A stretch of DNA of 64,000 nt, from contig QPGO01000120.1 in the NCBI GenBank assembly GCA_008632985.1, positions 62,001 to 126,000 on the forward strand, written 5' to 3'. The notes under the pieces are model-generated. The model worked only from the letters and a program-made list of their open reading frames with translations, searched no databases and was not told the DNA's origin. The DNA is from Psammoneis japonica. Lineage: Eukaryota. Below, in pieces: positions 57,626 to 64,000 of the stretch. Made by a program: the position numbers and the translations under genes. The stretch's first letter is position 1; every line of letters begins with the position of its first letter.

Positions 57626-60600
57626 TGTTCAAAGTCGTTGTCTAAAAATTGTGGCGAATGTCGTTGTTTCTGTTTGAATCGATTTTGTGATGAGCCATTT
57701 GTTTCGAAGAGAAAATCTGAGTCTGGGTTGCAGTCATGAGATGCGACCAGAATGACGTTGAGTCGTGACTCTCCCTCTCAACCGAGAGAGCTTGCCAGCC
57801 CATGAGAGCCTTTCTAGCCACACGGACCGCATCGGTCTGCAGTCCCTTCGTGAACTGATCGGCTGGTTGCTCTGGAGTGCTGATGGGTTGGACATCGATC
57901 TCCAATTGTTCGACTTTAGTCCCAAACCAGTGGTGCGGGATGCCGATGTGTTTGGTTCGCGGTGACAACTCAGGCATGCGTGCAAACTTGAGGCACACGG
58001 AGTCATCTTTGTGCACAACGGACGTGGGCAGGACAGTCTGCTCAACAGGCGAGTCATCGGTGCCTTGGTTTGCAAGCTCAAAAGCCTTGGAGTGAGTCGT
58101 GATGGGGTTTTGGCGGTCAGACTTTCCGAGTGCGTGGTGGTTGAGTTCCTTGAGAACTTCACGAATGGGGATGAGATTGCGCACAGCTTGAGAAAGTGCG
58201 ACATGTTCCGCTTCCACAGTTGACAATGCCACAAGAGTCTGCAGCTTGGACACCCAGACAAGCGGGCAGCTGGCGCAGCAGACAAGGCATCCAGTCCTGG
58301 ACTTGACAGAAACTGGGTCTTGACCATCTTCCACACCAAATGACCCCGCGAAGTCAGAATCGACGCAACAATCAACTCGATGGTCTTGTGCAGGCTTGAG
58401 AATGAGACCTTCAGCAGCCGTTGCTTTGAGATGCCGGAGTGTCCGCTTCACTGCAGCAGCGTGGGACGCTCGGGGTGCAAACGAAAATTGAGCTGCTTGA
58501 TGTGCAGCATGTGCAATGTCTGGCCGGCTGTTCGCTGCCAAGTGCATCAACATTCCAACAACTGAGCGATGATCGCAGGGTTCATCAAAAGGTGGGCCGT
58601 CCGTGTCGGCACCAACAGCCGCGGGTGGAGCTGGAGCAGATGCTCCATTGCAATCCTGCATCTGTGCGGTGCGCAGGACCTTGTCAATGAGACCGGGTTG
58701 AGTGAGCAGAAATCGACCCTTGGAGGGCTTTTCGATCTTGATGCCGAGAAAGTCACCGACTTCTCCTTCGTCTCTAAGTTCAAATGCGTGGTGATGTTCA
58801 TCGTCGGAGACTCCTAACTTGCGAATTTCTTCCTCTAGAGCTTCAGCTGAAGCTCCAGCAAATGTGGTGTCGTCGACGTGCACCACACACATCATGCCCT
58901 CCTTGAAATACAAACAGGGGTCTGTGGTTGAAGGCACCCATCTGCGCTCGGTTAAACCAGCCCGCAACTTCTCGCAGAAGCCCTTGGGAGACTGTTTTAG
59001 GCCGTGTGGTCCTTTCAAAAGTTTGAGAACCACACTGAGTCCCAACCTTGGCGCAAAACCCTTCGGCGGCGTCACACAAACTTCCTCGGCGATGTCGGCT
59101 TGGCAAAAGGCTGTGGTGTGGTCTGCCTGATGTGTGGTCCATCCCTCCTTTAATGCCGCAGTGAGCATGAGTCGGATGCTGGACCATTGCACAACCGGCG
59201 CGCAGGTTTCGAAGCAGTCGACTCCTTCTTTCTGCAAATCACCGCGGACACAGTGTCGGGCCTTGTGCTTGAGAGGGGTTCCATCTGGGAGTCTCTTGAG
59301 CTTGAGTGCCCATGTTCCTGGAAGTGCATTCACACGCGGCTGACGCTCGACTGCTTTCCAGGCTCGACGATGTGTGAGTGCGTTGACTTCAATGTTCATC
59401 GCCTCAATCCACTCGTCGGCGTCCGGACCTTTCAGAGCATTGTGCAACGAAGGCATGTCAGGGTCCTTGGTTTTCTTGCTAGCTGCGCAGGCTCGTGGAT
59501 CGCCGACATTGATGGCACCACAGTCCAAATCCATCTCAAGAGTCACCAGACAAGCTGGTTGAGCCTCGTGTCCGATCGGCAGTGGAATTTCCTTGACGGA
59601 ACTGAAGCAGACTTTGTCTGCAAACTTGGCAGAGTTGAACTGTCCCTTGGTTGACCGTGAAGACCATCGCAGCCCTGACACTCCCTCTGGATTCGTCAAA
59701 GGAGGTGTCTCGACTGGGGGAGGAGCTGTTGGTTCCGTCGGCACTTCGGGTGGCGGAAGTTCATCACCAACTTGAGGTTCAGGTGGCTGAATTGGCGCAG
59801 AGTCCACAGAGTCTGCAGGAGTTTGAGTCGCTGGTGGGACTGGTGGCGTTGGCTGCTGAGTCGCAGGTGCGACTCGATCGGTGACGTCGTCACAAGAAGT
59901 GGGTGACTCCGGCACAGCAATCGATGGAGTGGGCTCAAAATGGCCGCAAATGCGTGTGGCTCTGGCCAGCTCTCACTCTTCATGTTGACGCTCTGGAGGG
60001 GCAAGCCACTCATCGTGCAAATGAACTGCTTGATCCTTCTCCAGAGGGATGCACATCGATTGGTTGAGACACAGGTGCTCCCAGTGATCAGGTGGATCCA
60101 TCTCCCTCTCGATTGATGGTGCGGCAGTGAAGAGATCGTCAAAGACCACATGACACTGAGGAGCAACACTTCCAGTTTGTAGATTGAGGACCAAAGGAAC
60201 CTCGCTGGAATGGATGGCACTGAGTCCCACGAACAAAGCACGATGAGTGCAAGGTTCCCAACGCGGGAGTTTCTTTCCGGAAGTGAGGGTTGGATCAAGT
60301 GCGTGCGCTGGACATCCCCATGTGTGAATGTCTCGCAAACGGTGTCTTGGCACTGTCAAGCCGGTGAACATGTCCGCTGGGCAATGTCCCTTGGAATTTG
60401 GGGTGACATTGTAGATGTGCGTGGCATGAGAAACAGCCATGGGCCACAGGGAGCTGTCAATTCCCCCTTTCCAGTGGATTGATGCATGAAGCAACATCGC
60501 TCTCGCCATGTTGGAGATGCTTCGGATGCCCCGCTCTGCGACGCTGTTCTGATGATGGGCGTTGGTTCCACAAAAACAGAGACGTTGTTCATGATCTCGC

Positions 60601-63600
60601 ACATGTTGTACAAAAGCGTTGGCCTTGAAAGCACCACTGTCAGCAAGAAATTCTTGGACGATGACACCGTGGTCCAAAGCATGTTTCTCATGCGCTTGCT
60701 TCGCTTGCATCGTCTCAACAGCGGAGAAACCGAGTTGGTGCTCGACCTGGACACAACCAGAGGCGTGGTCGACAAAGATGCAACCGCCCTTGAATTGCTT
60801 GGACGTGGCTTTGCCATGTGAGTCAAAGGTTCGGCCTAAAAGGCGCGACTCAAAATGATCAACGCTGACAGCCTGACCCGGTCGAAGATGGTCAGCTCGA
60901 AGGGCCCCGTCGCGTTCAGGGACTGTCGACTTGTGAGCAGATCCAAGGGAGCGTCTGTGACCTTTAGCACACTCGCATGCCTCGCATCTTGGGTGGTCAC
61001 ACTTCGCTGCGGACTTGAAACGGTTCGATGGGAATGGAACTGCGCGGAGAAGTGCTTGGACGTGACCAAAGTTTAAATGGCCAAAATGGGCGTGCATTTC
61101 GATGAGAAGCTTTTGGCCTGCTGCAAGGTTTTGATTTTCCTTGTTGAGGATTTGTAGATTCACTTGTGGAGCGGCAGATGCGCCCTTGGTCATCGACGCA
61201 ATGGGCAAGTGGCTTGATGGGTGACATGGCACGACCAACTTGCCTGTCCCGTCAACATGTAAATGGAAAGTGGTTTCATCGCCCTCACACTTCCCACGTG
61301 CCCCCTTCTCTTCGTTGAAGAGGCGTTGAGGCGACAGCAGGCGTTGACGGGCTCCAGGGACGCAGTGCGCCATGGTGTTCAGTTGGATGGCAGCGCCACT
61401 TGGCGTGGTGAACACCCACGCAACCGGACCAGCACCCTGGATGGCAAGACCGTTGGCAATCCCATTGATCTGCAAGGGTTTCTTGGGAACAGTCACAGGC
61501 CCCGTAAAATCATCTTTGTCGGGGGCAATGGCCAACGTGGCACCAGTGTCCATGACGACCGTCAGAGCTTCGTCCGACAGACCAATGAGTGCCTGCGGAT
61601 CGGATGCAAGAAGGTCGGCTTGAGAATGTCCGGTGAGCAGTTGGATGGTGGAGGTGTTGTGGACGACTGGCCTGACACGTGCGTCCTCCAACAGTTTCAC
61701 AGGATCTTGAAAATGAGCAGTGTCCACGATGTGATTGGGCAGACAGAGCTCGTCAAACCGGAAGAAATCTGGGCTGAAGTCCTCAAGAGCGTCGAAGAAA
61801 CACTTCTGGTCGTCAAGAGGTTCCAGTTCCTCGCAGGTGTCAAAGAAGGCTGATTCGTCTATCGTGTCAGACCTTTCAGCTGCTTCCAGGCTCTCCCAGT
61901 GGGCCTTGAGACGAGTGCTCAGTGCGTGTGACGGATGGCGCGCGACAAACTCGGTGAGCACTTGCGTGCCTTTGATCCTGTGACATTCGAACAGTGACCC
62001 CGCATCCAACACTATCCAGTCATCCAGCTCTTCCACAACATGGTAGACTTGAGAGCCAGCGGTCGAAAAACAGCTTGGTGCGTTCGAGAATGGACACTCG
62101 GGCTGTCGACCGGTGCAAACTGCTGACCACACCACAACTGCAATGGATGGGACCATCCAAGACGCTGGAAACCCGTGCAAGGTTGGGAGTTTGCCCTGGC
62201 GGTGTAGAGCTCAAGGGATGCTTGTGATCGGAGCAAAGCAAAAGTGCAGCGCCGTTTCCCAAAACATGGCGGCGAGCCAGAATGTGAATGGCTTGACCCG
62301 TCCCAAGATTGATCGACGCGAAGTGGGCTCGTCTTCGACGTCCTCGTGACAATCATCCGCATCCAGGATCTCTGGATCGTAGAAATCGAAGCCACGACAT
62401 GTGACACACGGAGGTGAGTCGTCGTTTGCGTCTTCAAAGTGTGCGTCATGTTCAAGGATGAGATCTGACTTTGTGTCGTCTGACAGCATGTCCGTCAAAT
62501 TTGTGGGAGCGTCAAAGAACTCATCTGGATGCTTGACAGAGTGCAGCTTCAAGGCCGGAAACAACTCAACAGCCGGTGGTTCGTTTTCAAATGTAGAGAA
62601 AGCGTTGGAGTGTTCGCAGAAGTCATCGGCGTCTTCGGGAGTGACAGTCTCAACCACGATGGGAGACACGACTGGATCCACAACTGAGGTGAGTGCAGGT
62701 GGGCTCGTTTCGTTGCAAAGCACCTCCGTGCTAACGACTGCATCGCTCTCCCTCTCGGCCGAAGAAGCCAGAGCAACAATGATTGCAGCAGTGACAGGGT
62801 CGGAAAAGAAATCCGGGTCGGCAACGGCATCCACAGCCGCGCACCACATTCCCGTGAAAACCAACTCGTTGGGGTCGGACTCATCTCCCTCTGGTTCCTT
62901 GGCAGTCTGAGCTGGCGGACCCATGGGCACGCCACCATCCGGATCAGCAACGGAAGACAGATTCCCGGCTGGGGTTTCCTTGGGAGGATGCCTGTGGTCT
63001 TCGGTGTTTTCCACGGCAGAGTGCTTCTGGCAGATTCCAGGTTTTTGGCACCCTTCGCCTTGCACGTGGCACACCACTTCCACTCTTTGCCATTCTCATC
63101 CTTCTTTGTTTCTCCGTCAAATTTAATGCGCCAGGCAGTGATGGGTCTCCGCTTCTTCTTGGAAGGGTCGTCTGTGGGCGGCGGATTCGTGGGAGGATCG
63201 TCGCGCGGCGGTTTGGCATTGCACTTTGGGCACGTCTTCTTGGTGCACCCCTCAAGACCGCAACCATGACAGTGCTTCGTCTTCCCAGGGTTGTCCGTAG
63301 TCGAAAGATCACTCTCGGGCAGCTCAGTGACCAAAGCAGGCCACTCCCTGTCCTTCACGAGTTCATTGTGTTGCTCCTGAATCCACGCAATGATGCCGAC
63401 CGGTCCGAGCGTGTTGCAATCGCTGTCGGACGTGATGTCAGCAGGATTCTTGAGGCGGCACTTGCGTTCCATGGCCTTGACATCGTTGAGCTTGTTGTGG
63501 ACTCTCCGATTGAAGCATTCAGAGGACGCAGAGGAGATCTTGTGGAGTGGCTTGGAGCTTGTGTTCACCGGAAGCGCGCAGTTGGTCTGCACAATTTTTA

Positions 63601-64000
63601 CGATGTGAAGAGCTTCGGCAGCAAAGTCCGTGCAATCCTTGCTGGGACAGCCAGCCAAACTGAGGTCTTCTAGCTGCTTCTCAGCTGTCTCAATGTCCGT
63701 TAGAGCGCCAGCATTGCAAGCATCGAGAGCCATCATGAACAGAACAGATCCAGGGCAGTCTTGGCAGTCCTTGAGATGGTTGAACTTGGTCTCGATTTTC
63801 TCGCAAAAGGCATCAGTGATGCTTGAGTGAACAAGCAGCTGAGAGAGCCCGATGTCGTTGAGCTTGATCTCGTCGCACTTGGTGTCATCGGCAGCTGCTT
63901 TCCTGACCTTGCATTCATTCACGAGATCAGTCACCGTAAACTCGTGGAGATGTTCGAAGACATGTCGAACCTTGTCGTCGCTGTTCTTGACATGGCAGAA
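57626..64000 (-). mobile_element. Ty1/copia LTR retrotransposon, hypermutated, 5' end outside window
   Basis: gag with knuckle-like Cys motif (62549-63934), protease VMDTGA, GAG-pre-integrase H..FGH..CEAC, integrase VSVDH..ADSG..QNSVAER (59973-62180), RT/RNase H (about 57795-59915); PPT GAGAGGGAGAG near 57770; 3' LTR boundary only approximate. Confidence 0.92.

Overview
Eukaryotic nuclear DNA, almost certainly from a diatom (fucoxanthin-chlorophyll protein with an AF-type plastid presequence, short GT-AG introns, diatom-type Ty1/copia elements). The window alternates between two compartments. (1) Ordinary gene islands: Lhcf-type antenna protein, HAD-SAK phosphatase-like protein, copper amine oxidase, DEAD-box helicase, amidase, lipase-maturation-factor protein, a Crinkler/RHS-like NTPase-REase, a papain-like protein, three paralogs of an unknown Tyr/Gly/Arg-rich plastid-targeted protein, a TTAA MITE and a tyrosine-recombinase (Crypton-like) element. 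(2) Repeat domains (about 2.1-14.5, 17.9-18.7, 21.0-22.2, 26.3-31.8, 38.2-47.4 and 56.8-64 kb) holding four LTR elements and older relics, in which TpA has been almost completely erased. The main discovery is this erasure. In the retroelements, conserved Tyr codons read Cys or His (RT YVDD reads CVDD and HVDD), Ile/Leu/stop codons read Thr/Pro/Gln, all three primer-binding sites carry the same T>C change, and sister LTRs differ almost only by TA/TG/CA/CG transitions. This points to a repeat-targeted, post-integration TpA->TpG/CpA (A>G on either strand) hypermutation of chromosomal DNA, opposite in direction to fungal RIP and apparently faster than the CpG decay that accompanies it. All counts are by hand and all family assignments rest on motif recognition, not database searches.
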